DNA of 64,000 bases from contig JAZDGT010000044.1 in the NCBI GenBank assembly GCA_043806635.1, positions 36-64,035 on the forward strand, written 5' to 3'. The translations under genes and the position numbers were made by a program. This document shows, one piece after another, positions 9,278 to 19,284 of this stretch (position 1 is the first letter of the stretch; each line of letters begins with the position of its first letter). The DNA is from Methanobacteriota archaeon (GTDB lineage Archaea > Thermoplasmatota > E2 > DHVEG-1). The notes beneath the pieces are model-generated. The model saw only the letters and a program-made list of their open reading frames with translations. It ran no database searches and was not told the DNA's origin.

Positions 9278-10342
9278 ATGATCGAATTTTTAGAAGCAGT
9301 TCTTCCCTATATTAAAGGTCTTTGGACTCTTCCCTGGATACTAATTGGTTTTCTCGTAACACTGCTGCTTTCCCGGTTTTTCGATGAAGAAAAAATAAAT
9401 ATGGTGATGAAAAAAATCGGACTTATTCTCCTCTATTTTTTTGTACCACTATTACTGTTTAAAATATTTCTGAGTGTTGATTTCGGTCAGAAAGAACTAG
9501 AATTTACCGCAGTATGTGTTATCGTGTTTTCTTTCATGTATATCCTTGCTTATTTTTTCGCAGTATATAAATTAAAAAAAATGCATCAACCAAAAGAAAC
9601 GAAGAACTATTTCCTAAAAACTGTGTTAACCAATCAGGGGCGAAGTTCAGCGTTTGTCGGCGGAGCCATGCTTGCGATATCCGAATGGTGGATTCCCGCT
9701 GCAATCTATATGAGTGTTGGAGCAATCTTCCTCTTTGCGTTCATCCCCTATATTCTCTCCTATTTCTATAAGAAAGACATGAAAACATCGGATAAGGACC
9801 CCGTACATCATGCGTTACCCTGGTACCTTCGCGTATTCCCTTGGTATCTTCTTTGTTTTGCTGCAGCTGCTATTCTGATTCATGGCATGACAGATATCAC
9901 CCCAAGAAATTTGGGGGATTTTGGTATTGTTTTTGACTTCTTCACGTCGCTTACCATTCCTGCTGCACTCTACTATGTCGGGACTGGGATTCATCCCCAT
10001 GATCTGAAAGTAGATGAGATGAAGAAATTGTTTAATGTTCATAAACAAAAGAAAAGTGATGATCATTGGGGAGGAGTACGAAATATTTTTTTCCTCACCG
10101 TTATACTTACCCCGCTTCTTACGGTTATCGTTTTATTCCCTTTATTACTCTTGCAGATCATACCAAAAGAATGGTTTTCTGTGATCATGATCAATTCAAT
10201 ACTGCCTATTACAAGCACGAATATGTTTCTGGTTCCGTATGGGATTGATAAAAAAATTACAGCCCATGCTATCACTTGGACGACTATCGTCTGCGTCCCG
10301 ATTGTCGTATTACTCATCTATATTTTTTCAATTTATCTCTAA
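9278..10342 (+). CDS. Multi-pass membrane protein, probably AEC (auxin efflux carrier) family permease
   Basis: Start set at the ATG at 9278, 7 nt after GAGGAG. About 10 hydrophobic segments. C-terminal ILPITSTNMFLVPYGID...TWTTIVCVPIV resembles the AEC C-terminal repeat. Confidence 0.5.
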   Translation: MIEFLEAVLPYIKGLWTLPWILIGFLVTLLLSRFFDEEKINMVMKKIGLILLYFFVPLLLFKIFLSVDFGQKELEFTAVCVIVFSFMYILAYFFAVYKLKKMHQPKETKNYFLKTVLTNQGRSSAFVGGAMLAISEWWIPAAIYMSVGAIFLFAFIPYILSYFYKKDMKTSDKDPVHHALPWYLRVFPWYLLCFAAAAILIHGMTDITPRNLGDFGIVFDFFTSLTIPAALYYVGTGIHPHDLKVDEMKKLFNVHKQKKSDDHWGGVRNIFFLTVILTPLLTVIVLFPLLLLQIIPKEWFSVIMINSILPITSTNMFLVPYGIDKKITAHAITWTTIVCVPIVVLLIYIFSIYL

Positions 10343-10679
10343 TACAAAATCCAGACAAATAGGAGATAAGACAGTTACGAGCTCTTTCCGGTACCATTTG
10401 TACAGAACGCGGGTACTAGATGTACAACAAGGCTTTATTAGCATAAAACAGTAAGAATCAATTGATAACTATGTTGATTGTCGGGCAAGTCTCGAGTCAG
10501 GAAGAAGTCAACGAGATAACTTTTATTGCAAAACTTGTTGTGGTTGGTCAACGAGCACGTTTTCTTGCCAGTCAACAAAAAAATAAATAAGTTTCTTTTT
10601 TCTTCTGTCCTTCATTTTCATAAATCATATTTACTTGTGGAGATATTTTTTGTACAGTTTGACATTTTGTCACGAAAGA

Positions 10680-10687
10680 TTTATATA
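10680..10687 (+). promoter_or_regulatory. TATA box (TTTATATA) with purine-rich BRE-like CGAAAG upstream
   Basis: Sits ~24-30 nt upstream of the first base of the GC-rich stem at 10711. Confidence 0.35.
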
Positions 10688-10710
10688 GAAATAATGACAG
10701 ATAATATCAT

Positions 10711-10823
10711 GCTTAGAGAGAGCCGATGGGGACTTTGGTGTCTCGTCTGTTCTGGTGAGAGCGCTGGGGGCGTTTGGCGCCTGCCGGTGGCATCTCTCTC
10801 TAGGCCCGGTTTTGCCGGTTTTT
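10711..10823 (+). ncRNA. GC-rich structured RNA candidate (three-way junction plus hairpin/T5), unidentified family; alternatively a pyrE leader or attenuator
   Basis: Closing stem 10711-10722 / 10794-10805 (12 bp including one GU). Hairpin 10729-10744 (5 bp). Hairpin 10762-10789 (11 bp, one bulge). Then CCGG-N5-CCGG hairpin 10806-10818 followed by TTTTT (10819-10823). The local GC-rich island contrasts with the AT-rich flanks. Confidence 0.4.
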
Positions 10824-10901
10824 ACTAGCATATGTTTTTTCTATTGGGTGTTATGTAAAGGTATAAATCATTCAACTCTATTTACCGGTGGGGATTTCAA
10901 G

Positions 10902-11432
10902 ATGAAGAAGGAAGAACTTATCCATCTTCTTAAGGAATGTAAAGCGATACAGTTTGGACATTTTATTCTCACCTCAGGGGCAACAAGTGACTACTATATT
11001 GATATAAAAAAAGCGAGTACAAACCCAGATATTCTTAAAAAAATTGGAGAAGCCATGTCGGAATATACCGAAGGATATGATGTGCTCGCAGGTATGGAGC
11101 TTGGTGCGGTCCCTCTTGTGGTTGCGCTCTCGTTAGAAACTGGTATCCCTTATGTGATTATTCGAAAGGAAAAAAGGGAGCACGGAACTGGAAAACAAAT
11201 CGAGGGGGGAGACGTGACTGATAAACATGTGCTGATTGTTGAGGATGTGACGACAAGCGGCGGATCAGTAGTCAAGACTATTAATATTCTGCGGGAGAAC
11301 AAAGCCCTTGTTGACACCGTTGTTTGTGTGGTTGATCGAGAGAGTGGAACCCAAGAGAAAATGAACAACTTGGGAATACAATTTATTCCGTTACTCAGTG
11401 TGAGTGATATCTTAAAAGAGAAACAACATTAG
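10902..11432 (+). CDS. pyrE: Orotate phosphoribosyltransferase
   Basis: Start moved to the ATG at 10902 (MKKEELIHLLKE...). FGHFILTSGATSDYYID and PRPP-binding loop LIVEDVTTSGGS. Confidence 0.9.
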   Translation: MKKEELIHLLKECKAIQFGHFILTSGATSDYYIDIKKASTNPDILKKIGEAMSEYTEGYDVLAGMELGAVPLVVALSLETGIPYVIIRKEKREHGTGKQIEGGDVTDKHVLIVEDVTTSGGSVVKTINILRENKALVDTVVCVVDRESGTQEKMNNLGIQFIPLLSVSDILKEKQH

Positions 11433-11472
11433 ATGTATCGTAACAACGACATTATGGAGTAGAGGTTGAACC

Positions 11473-12807
11473 ATGAAAGTATTAGTTGTTGGTGGTGGTG
11501 CTCGAGAACATGCGATATGCGATGCGGTTGCTCGATCAAAAGACGCAACATTATATTCAGTGATGAGTAACCTGAATCCTGGGATAGAACGACTTGCTAC
11601 GAAACATGTGATTGAAAAAGAAACACAGGTGGATCGCGTCGTCGAATTTGCGGACCAGGAGAAGATTGATCTCATTCTTATTGGACCAGAAGCTCCTCTG
11701 GAAGCTGGTTTAGTTGATGCGTTACAAAATAAAGGTATCAAGGTCTGTGCACCAACGCAGGCTGCTGCACGGATTGAAACCGATAAAGAATGGATGCGTG
11801 CGCTTCTAAAAAACCATAAGATACCGGGTCAGGTGCACTGTGAAAGTGTTATCGATGTTAAGAAAGCAAAAGAGTTTATTGATTCATTGGAATCCAATGT
11901 TGTTATAAAACCTATTGGGCTAACTGGAGGGAAAGGTGTTCGAGTCGCTGGTGATCATTTCAATGGTGCTGATGAAGCATTAGCGTATGTGAAAGAGGTT
12001 ATTGAGAAGAAGATTGGTGGTGCTGCAAAAGTCTTGTTGGAAGAAAAACTTGAAGGCGAGGAGTTTACGTTGCAGGCGTTTTCTGATGGTTCTCGAATTC
12101 GTACATTACCTGCGGTTCAGGATCATAAACGGTTATTGCCTGACGATTTTGGGCCGAATACAGGAGGTATGGGATCGTATTCGTGTATGAATGGGCTGCT
12201 TCCGTTTTTGTCCCAGAAAGAGTATGATAGTGGAACCCGGATTTTACAGCAGGTCATCCATGCCTTAAATCGGGAAGGAAACCCGTATATTGGTCCTATT
12301 TATGGTCAATTTATCCTGACGAAAGATGGTGTGAAAGTGATTGAGTTTAACGCTCGGTTTGGCGACCCAGAAGCAATGAATGTATTACCGTTGCTACAAA
12401 ATGATTATGTCGAGTTATGCACTGCGATGCTTGAGGGTAAGCTCAGTGAAAATCCTTTAGAAGTTGAGAGAAAATCGACGGTGTGTAAATACGTGGTTCC
12501 TGAGGGGTACGGTGTGAAAAGCATGGTTGGTGAAAAAATCCAGGTTGATGAGTCGGCGATTACGAAAGTTGGGGCGAAATTGTTTTATGCTTCGGTGAAT
12601 AAGAAAGATAGTGATATTGTGACGTTGTCGTCTCGTTCTCTTGCGATTGTTGGTATTGCTGATGATGTTGATGCTGCTGAGCGTCTCTGTGAACAAGGGC
12701 TTTCTCATGTGAAAGGTGATCATATTTTTATCAGGCATGATGTGGGGACGAAACCATTACTTGAAAAACGAGTTCGTCATATGAATAGGATTCGTGAGAG
12801 AAAATGA
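11473..12807 (+). CDS. purD: Phosphoribosylamine-glycine ligase
   Basis: 444 aa. MKVLVVGGGAREHAI N-terminus, ATP-grasp core, EFNARFGDPE motif. Confidence 0.93.
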   Translation: MKVLVVGGGAREHAICDAVARSKDATLYSVMSNLNPGIERLATKHVIEKETQVDRVVEFADQEKIDLILIGPEAPLEAGLVDALQNKGIKVCAPTQAAARIETDKEWMRALLKNHKIPGQVHCESVIDVKKAKEFIDSLESNVVIKPIGLTGGKGVRVAGDHFNGADEALAYVKEVIEKKIGGAAKVLLEEKLEGEEFTLQAFSDGSRIRTLPAVQDHKRLLPDDFGPNTGGMGSYSCMNGLLPFLSQKEYDSGTRILQQVIHALNREGNPYIGPIYGQFILTKDGVKVIEFNARFGDPEAMNVLPLLQNDYVELCTAMLEGKLSENPLEVERKSTVCKYVVPEGYGVKSMVGEKIQVDESAITKVGAKLFYASVNKKDSDIVTLSSRSLAIVGIADDVDAAERLCEQGLSHVKGDHIFIRHDVGTKPLLEKRVRHMNRIRERK

Positions 12808-13577
12808 CCGAAGGAATTTTTGCGTATTTTATAGGGACGGCGGGTTCAGGGAAATCAACGCTGGTGGCGACGATGAGTAGTTGGTTTAAGCTTCGAGGGT
12901 TAGACACCGTTTTAGTGAATCTTGATCCGGGTGCAGAAAAACTCCCATATACTCCTGATGTAGATATCCGTGATTGGATTTCGTTGAAGGAGGTGATGGA
13001 GTCGTATGAGCTGGGACCAAATGGTGCTCAGATCGCGTGTGCGGACATGATTGCGTTGAATATGGATGATGTAAAAGAGAGTATTGAATCGTTTAAATCA
13101 GATTATATTCTGATGGATACCCCGGGTCAATTGGAGTTATTTGTTTTTCGAGAAGCAGGAAAATACACAGTGAAGTTACTTCATCCTGAGAAATCAGTGA
13201 TTTGTTATCTTATTGATCCCGCGTTAGCCAAATCAGCATCGGGATTCGCAACACAATTATTGTTGTCGTTAACGACGAATTTTCGGTTGAATCAATCGCA
13301 GATTAATATTTTAACAAAAACTGATTTGTTAACAGATGAAGAGTTAGAATCTATTGAGAAATGGTCATGTGACTCTGAGGAGTTATATGGTGCGGTGATT
13401 GCTGAAGAACCTAGTGTGTATCAACAGATGAGTGAAGGTCTTATTCAGTTGATGAGGGAGTTCGGGGGTCATACCCAGTTGATTCCGACTTCGAAGGAGA
13501 AATTTTTCGGTGTGGAGGATGTGTATAACACGATTCAACTGTTATTTGAGGGTGGGGAAGATAAGATGAAGGATTAA
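12804..13577 (+). CDS. GPN-loop GTPase
   Basis: P-loop GTAGSGKST, NLDPGAE and diagnostic GPNGA motif. ATGA overlap with purD. Confidence 0.85.
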   Translation: MTEGIFAYFIGTAGSGKSTLVATMSSWFKLRGLDTVLVNLDPGAEKLPYTPDVDIRDWISLKEVMESYELGPNGAQIACADMIALNMDDVKESIESFKSDYILMDTPGQLELFVFREAGKYTVKLLHPEKSVICYLIDPALAKSASGFATQLLLSLTTNFRLNQSQINILTKTDLLTDEELESIEKWSCDSEELYGAVIAEEPSVYQQMSEGLIQLMREFGGHTQLIPTSKEKFFGVEDVYNTIQLLFEGGEDKMKD

Positions 13578-13599
13578 CCACTTAACAAAAAAGGGGGGG

Positions 13600-14550
13600 T
13601 TAGGTGGTTTTAATCGTGCCTAGGACTGGCTCATAAATAAGTCCTTTATCCATGAGTGCGGTAAGAGCTTCTTCGATTTGTTCTTCAGATAACCCTGTTT
13701 TTTTACATTTTTTCATGATCTCATCCCAGGCTGCTCCATTCTCACCTTCGAGCTCATGGATAATTCGTAGAACAGATTTTTCGGCATCTTCTGTTTCAGG
13801 TTCATCCGCTGATGGTTCTTCTGTTGGAGGTTCTTCTTTTTTTCGTTTCTTTTCTTTTTCTACTGGTTTGTTTTCTATGGGTGTTTCTTTTTTCTCTGTT
13901 TTTTTTGGTTTTTTTATTTCTTTTGGTTTTTCTCGTTTGGGGTAGAGGTATTGAAGGGATTCCTGTACCGAGGTTACATATTTACGGATATCAATAGTTG
14001 GGTATTGTTTTAATGCGGTGACGACACCTTCAGATAATATTTTACTATAGCCGAGTTTCCGTAAATCATACGCGTTCGGGGGATTCATTTTCTTTCCTTC
14101 AAGGATGGCACTGATTCGTTCCTTAGTTTGTAACCCGGTTTCCACGATCCATCGGTCACGTATCTCAGCAGTTACTTCATAGACGATCTCAGGGCGAATA
14201 GAGACGTACAGTTCTCCACCTTCAGGAGTGTACGTACGGGCTTTACCGATGACAGCGACGAATGCTGGTACATCGATGTGGGATAAATTTGTGGTTGCTT
14301 CTGGTTGATATTGCCCAGAGTACAACGTGAATACCCCCGTGGGGTCAGAGAGGTGCGCACGAAGGAGTTCACCACCCTCCTTCACATTTTCAACATCAGT
14401 GAGTACACCAATGATGAATACACGGTTAATCTTCGCACCTAACGGTGTAATCAGATACGAGGGGGTTTTTTCACCGGAGCCTTTTATTTCAACGGTCGCA
14501 TCGTTATATTCCCCTGCGAATACGCGCCATGCAGGTTCTCGTTTCATCAT
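13600..14550 (-). CDS. RPA-associated OB-fold protein (RPA32-like / Rpap-like) with C-terminal winged helix
   Basis: 316 aa. 4-nt overlap with the upstream RPA gene. N-terminal OB-like region, Lys/Glu/Pro low-complexity linker, C-terminal LSEEQIEEALTALMDKGLIYEP wH-like tail. Confidence 0.6.
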   Translation of the reverse strand: MMKREPAWRVFAGEYNDATVEIKGSGEKTPSYLITPLGAKINRVFIIGVLTDVENVKEGGELLRAHLSDPTGVFTLYSGQYQPEATTNLSHIDVPAFVAVIGKARTYTPEGGELYVSIRPEIVYEVTAEIRDRWIVETGLQTKERISAILEGKKMNPPNAYDLRKLGYSKILSEGVVTALKQYPTIDIRKYVTSVQESLQYLYPKREKPKEIKKPKKTEKKETPIENKPVEKEKKRKKEEPPTEEPSADEPETEDAEKSVLRIIHELEGENGAAWDEIMKKCKKTGLSEEQIEEALTALMDKGLIYEPVLGTIKTT

Positions 14551-15872
14551 TGGAACTCCTCCAGTTCATGAAGCAGTCTCTCAGATTCTGATGCGATATC
14601 GAAATCAGCGAATCGGACTTGTTTCGCGATAATGGTCGTTCCATATTGATCCCCAAGCGCGTTCCCTTGAAGGGTGAGACGATGCCCAAACAACAATGAG
14701 TACAGCTCCCGTATCACCAAGGTATTCCCCTCATTTTGATTCGCGATTTGTTTCCACTCGTCAAGGGTTTTTCCTAGGAGTTGTTCGGTTGTTTCCCGTC
14801 CAATCGTACTTGTCACCGTACCTGTTCCATCATCAAGTATGAGTTTCACGCGGAAATCAATCTCCCCGTTTACGGTTCCATGTGTTGAACAATTTGAATC
14901 TTGAAGAACTCGTTTACATTCAGGGCATCGGAGAATTACACCAGATCCATCACGAATCTCTATGACGGTTCCTTCTACCAGGACGTCGAGCGCTCCGCGT
15001 TTTTCAACAAGATCATGTAACGAAAGCTGTTGTGTCGTCACATCCTTTTTCGAGATAAGATTTGCATCAAGTTTTTCCACGGTTGCTTTTTCATCAAAAG
15101 TAAGCTGTGGAACACCCTTCCAGGTTTTTACGTAGCCTCCGGAGATTTTCACGACGTCACCAGTTTTCAGATGAAAATCATGCCATGAGGTAAACTGTGC
15201 TTTACCAGTCTCATCGCCAATCATCCCAGAAAACACAGATTTTTTTACCTGATTCACTTCGACTTCTCGTACCGTGACGTCAAGAATCCTGCTAATTACT
15301 TCAATCGAACCAAGACCTGCTCGTAACTCGTTCACTTTATACTCTTTTGGTACGTAACTCGTCTCCGGGAGTTTCTCTTCATCGGTTTTTTCAACAACGG
15401 TTCGATCACCAAGATTAATCTGAACTGCGCTTTGCCATTCACGCGTATACGCATTCGCAATCTCGACGACAGTGCCTTTTTCTAAATTGAAATCCTTCCA
15501 AGCAGTAAAACTCATCGTCCCACTTTCGTCCCCGAGGATCCCATAGAAAATCTTCCGTTTCTCCCCTCGAGCAGTAATCTCTCTCTGGTTTACATTGAGT
15601 ACTCTGCAGAGGAGATGTACATTCGGAAGACCAGGTTGTAAATCAACAATTAAAACACGCTCTGATGACACAGGAGTAACGGTTTTCGTATCACCACCAA
15701 ACTTCTTCAACAACGTTTGTCTAGCATGCTCTAACGGGACACCATACTCTAAAAACTTACGAAGCTCTTTCTCAAGCTCTTCACGATTCACCTTTTTCTC
15801 AGCATCAGAACTCAGAGTATCAAGCATCTCATCGATGAACGATTCGATATCCACATCCGAATCAATAGCCAT
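14547..15872 (-). CDS. rpa: Replication factor A (archaeal RPA large subunit) with multiple OB folds and a zinc finger
   Basis: 441 aa. Repeated OB-fold pattern (FTAWKDF..., FTSWHDF...). Zn motif CPECKRVLQDSNCSTHG. Confidence 0.75.
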   Translation of the reverse strand: MAIDSDVDIESFIDEMLDTLSSDAEKKVNREELEKELRKFLEYGVPLEHARQTLLKKFGGDTKTVTPVSSERVLIVDLQPGLPNVHLLCRVLNVNQREITARGEKRKIFYGILGDESGTMSFTAWKDFNLEKGTVVEIANAYTREWQSAVQINLGDRTVVEKTDEEKLPETSYVPKEYKVNELRAGLGSIEVISRILDVTVREVEVNQVKKSVFSGMIGDETGKAQFTSWHDFHLKTGDVVKISGGYVKTWKGVPQLTFDEKATVEKLDANLISKKDVTTQQLSLHDLVEKRGALDVLVEGTVIEIRDGSGVILRCPECKRVLQDSNCSTHGTVNGEIDFRVKLILDDGTGTVTSTIGRETTEQLLGKTLDEWKQIANQNEGNTLVIRELYSLLFGHRLTLQGNALGDQYGTTIIAKQVRFADFDIASESERLLHELEEFQ

Positions 15873-15969
15873 AGCCTTCTCCCCACCACAGTGATATGAT
15901 AAGGGGATATATAAAATGCTCTGGTTTCGTAGAAGAATCTCATCTTATAAACTAACGAAAAAATTCGTC

Positions 15970-17631
15970 TTAAAACAATCCAATAATATTCCCGTCATCA
16001 TCAATATCCATGTTCTCTGAACTCGGAGTACGGGGGAGACCAGGCATCGTCGTAATCTTACCAGTCATTGGTACCAGAAAACCCGCTCCTGCAGAGAACT
16101 TGATCTCCCGAACCGTGATCTTGAAATCCTTCGGTCGCCCCAACACCTTCGGGTCATCAGAAAGGGAATACGCGGTTTTCGCAATACAAATAGGAAGACC
16201 ATCTAACTGCAGCTCCTGACACAGCTTCAAATCTTGCTCCGCAGTCACCGTATACACCACACGATCAGCACCATAAATATTCTTAGCAATAACCTCAATT
16301 TTCTTCTTCACCGGAAGATCAAGATCATATAAAAAATGAAACTGAGACGGAGTATTATGAATAAGACTCACGAGTTTCCCCCCAAGCTCAATACCGCCCT
16401 CACCACCCTGTTTCCAGACATCAACAACCGCAACAGGAACCTGCTTCGATACGCAATACTTCTCAACAAGATCAATCTCAGGGTTCTTATCACCAGGGAA
16501 ACGATTCACTGCGACAATAACCGGGACGCCAAAAAGCTGGATATTCTCCAAATGCTTCTCAAGATTTAAGAGACCTCGTTGAATCGCAGCACTATCTGTT
16601 CCAGAGCCATGATGTTTTAACGCGCGAATACTCACCACAAGAACCACCGCATCAGGAGTGAGATTACCAATTCGACACACGATATCAAAAAACTTTTCCG
16701 CACCAAGATCAGACCCGAACCCTGCCTCAGTCACAAAATAATCAGAAAGCTTCAACCCCATCATGGTTGCGACGAGACTATTCGTCCCATGCGCGATATT
16801 CGCGAACGGACCACCATGCACAAACGCGGGAACACCCTCAAGCGTCTGCACAAGATTCGGCTTAATAGCATCCTTCAGAAGAACTGCCATCGCACCAACC
16901 GCTTTCAAATCCTGCGCGGTCACCGGCTCATTATCATAGGTATACGCGACAATCACTCGCGCGAGACGCTCCTTCAAATCCTTCAGATTCTTCGACAAAC
17001 ACAAAATCGCCATAATCTCAGACGCAGGAGTAATCGCAAACTCCACCTCATGCGGAACACCATCAGTCGGACCACCAAGACCCACCACAACCTTCCGTAA
17101 CGCCCGATCACTAATATCCATTACTCGAGGCCACACAATATACCGAGGATCAATATGATATTTATCACCATAATGAAGATGGTTATCCAACAAACTCGCT
17201 AACAGATTATGCGCACATGTAATCGCGTACATATCCCCCGTAAAATGAAGGTTAATATCCTCCATAGGAAGTACTTGTGAAAAACCTCCACCAGTCGCAC
17301 CCCCTTTCTTCCCCATAATAGGACCAAGAGAAGGCTCCCGGATAGCAAGCATCGTTTTTTTCCCAAGACGAGAAAGAGCCTGAGCAAGCCCAATCGTCAC
17401 TGTTGTTTTCCCTTCACCAGCAGGAGTAGGATTAATAGTGGTCACCAAAATAAGTTTCCCAAGCTTTTTTCCTTCAAGCCTATTCAGGATATCAAGAGAC
17501 ACCTTAGCCTTTACATTACCAGATAACGTAAGCTCTTGTTCATTAATTCCTGCACGTTTCGCGATTTCTTGAATAGGGTACGGCGTCACAGAGCGTGCGA
17601 TCTCAAGATCTGATTTCATAGTTGATAACAC
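15970..17631 (-). CDS. fhs: Formate-tetrahydrofolate ligase
   Basis: 553 aa. INPTPAGEGKTTVTIGL and GGPFANIAHG signature regions. Confidence 0.93.
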   Translation of the reverse strand: MLSTMKSDLEIARSVTPYPIQEIAKRAGINEQELTLSGNVKAKVSLDILNRLEGKKLGKLILVTTINPTPAGEGKTTVTIGLAQALSRLGKKTMLAIREPSLGPIMGKKGGATGGGFSQVLPMEDINLHFTGDMYAITCAHNLLASLLDNHLHYGDKYHIDPRYIVWPRVMDISDRALRKVVVGLGGPTDGVPHEVEFAITPASEIMAILCLSKNLKDLKERLARVIVAYTYDNEPVTAQDLKAVGAMAVLLKDAIKPNLVQTLEGVPAFVHGGPFANIAHGTNSLVATMMGLKLSDYFVTEAGFGSDLGAEKFFDIVCRIGNLTPDAVVLVVSIRALKHHGSGTDSAAIQRGLLNLEKHLENIQLFGVPVIVAVNRFPGDKNPEIDLVEKYCVSKQVPVAVVDVWKQGGEGGIELGGKLVSLIHNTPSQFHFLYDLDLPVKKKIEVIAKNIYGADRVVYTVTAEQDLKLCQELQLDGLPICIAKTAYSLSDDPKVLGRPKDFKITVREIKFSAGAGFLVPMTGKITTMPGLPRTPSSENMDIDDDGNIIGLF

Positions 17632-17696
17632 GATGCAATATGTTCCCTCTACTTAAAAATTTTGAAGAATAACCATAAAAAAAAAGTTTTATTTTT

Positions 17697-18107
17697 TTAT
17701 GAATCCACTATTTTTCTTGTAGACCATAAATCTAACGGTACAGTTGAATAAAGGTCCTCATAGATCGATCTCTGTATCGTTTTTTCAAGACGCATAGCAG
17801 TGCGTGTAAGTAACTTTTTATTTTTAGTAAAATGTACAATTGTGTCTTTTTCAAGACGCCAATAATGAATACGCCATGGACAACCACTTGGGAGTACTGC
17901 ATCCTCTCTCTCTGCAGAAATAATTCCCGCCTTTTGTAATCGATAAAAGAGTTGTCGTTCTTCAGAGGTTAACACATTATCAATAATACGATCCTCGAAC
18001 CCAAAAAAATCCATGACGATATTCGCATAATCTTTTGCTTCACTATACTCTATTTCAAGTGCGTTTTCAATTGCTTTAGATAATTGATATACAGTAATGA
18101 GTGTCAT
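17697..18107 (-). CDS. Hypothetical conserved protein
   Basis: 136-aa ORF with no overlap and coding-like composition. No motif recognised. Confidence 0.45.
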   Translation of the reverse strand: MTLITVYQLSKAIENALEIEYSEAKDYANIVMDFFGFEDRIIDNVLTSEERQLFYRLQKAGIISAEREDAVLPSGCPWRIHYWRLEKDTIVHFTKNKKLLTRTAMRLEKTIQRSIYEDLYSTVPLDLWSTRKIVDS

Positions 18108-18270
18108 ATATACCCTCCCGGAGTGTCATCTACTGGTACACCTTTGTTACTCATAGTATATAAACTTTTCTCTGTTTTAGGTGTATTTTTCATTTATTTC
18201 ACAAAAAAATACGGATTCAATAAACATTATATCATCTATATTGAATACCCCCGCAGGTAAGGTTTACCGT

Positions 18271-19110
18271 ATGAAACTAGCGTTGATTACCGCCAGACCA
18301 AAAATCGCTGACCCTTTAGCAAATATACGAATTATTGAGAATTCCATTAAAAAAACCTCTGCTGATCTGTATGTTTTCGGTGAATTATTTTTGAGTGGCT
18401 ATCACTGTAAAGATGAACTGAGAACATTAGCTGAACCACTTGATGGACCATCAATAAAAAAAATAAAGCGAATAACTAGAGAACGACACTGTAGTATACT
18501 GTTTGGTATGCCTCTTCGAGACGAAAAAATCAAGGGGGTTAATTATAACGCAGCCATACTTGTTCAGGCGGATGGTACTGTGGAGTATTACAAAAAATGG
18601 TTTTTACCGAATTTCGGTCCTTTTGAAGAAAAAATTTTTTTTGATGAAGGAGAAGAACTCCCCGTGTTTTCAACACCATGGGGGAAAATCGGAGTGTTTA
18701 TTTGTTATGATCTTTTTTTCCCGGAGGTTGCCAAGGCGCTCTCGTTACAGGGTGCTGATGTATTGATTTGTTTATCGGCGACTCCTTCTACCACCCGAGT
18801 TTTTTTTGAAACGTTGATTCCTGCTAGAGCTGTGGAAAACACGGTGTTTATGGTCTACGTGAACTTGGTAGGTACGCAAGATGATTTGGTGTTTTGGGGT
18901 GGTTCGCAGGTTTATGATCCGTTGGGTAAATTAGTAGTGAAGGCCCCATATTTTAAGGAGAGTATTGTAACGTGTGATCTTGATTTGACATTGTTAGATG
19001 TTGCTCGGTTGAATCGTCCAGTGTTACGGGATATTCGACCGCAGATTTATGAGGATCTGTATAGCATGAGTCGATTTCATAGGAAAAAGAAGAAGAGTAG
19101 TACTCGTTAA
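18271..19110 (+). CDS. Carbon-nitrogen hydrolase (nitrilase superfamily)
   Basis: Start moved to the ATG at 18271 (MKLALITARPK). E-K-C triad context: FGELFLSGY, YKKWFLP, VFICYDLFFPE. Confidence 0.8.
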   Translation: MKLALITARPKIADPLANIRIIENSIKKTSADLYVFGELFLSGYHCKDELRTLAEPLDGPSIKKIKRITRERHCSILFGMPLRDEKIKGVNYNAAILVQADGTVEYYKKWFLPNFGPFEEKIFFDEGEELPVFSTPWGKIGVFICYDLFFPEVAKALSLQGADVLICLSATPSTTRVFFETLIPARAVENTVFMVYVNLVGTQDDLVFWGGSQVYDPLGKLVVKAPYFKESIVTCDLDLTLLDVARLNRPVLRDIRPQIYEDLYSMSRFHRKKKKSSTR

Positions 19111-19284
19111 TGGTTGTAAAGAGGGGGAGGTTTCTGATAGGATGATTTTGTTTTCTTCGAGTAGTAGTCAATATTATGTTCGTAGGTGTCTCCAGGGTTT
19201 TTTTTGGTTACAAAAAGTATTATTATCTATGAAAAGTATACGGGCGAAAGTACCCTTTATTCTAATTATGTGGGAGGGGCATCT

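Noticed and set aside
10711-10805. The GC-rich element as a tRNA (possibly intron-containing) or 5S rRNA, tested on both strands
   Set aside because: No T-loop GTTCRANNC, no D-arm AGC..GG..A consensus and no 7-bp acceptor/anticodon geometry. No similarity to the archaeal 5S sequence I remember. Left as unidentified.
10526-10901. ORF 10526..10828 and the 49-codon N-terminal extension of ORF 10755..11432
   Set aside because: They run through the GC-rich structured element, and their translations are not protein-like (RALGAFGACRWHLSLGP...). PyrE homology begins at the ATG at 10902.
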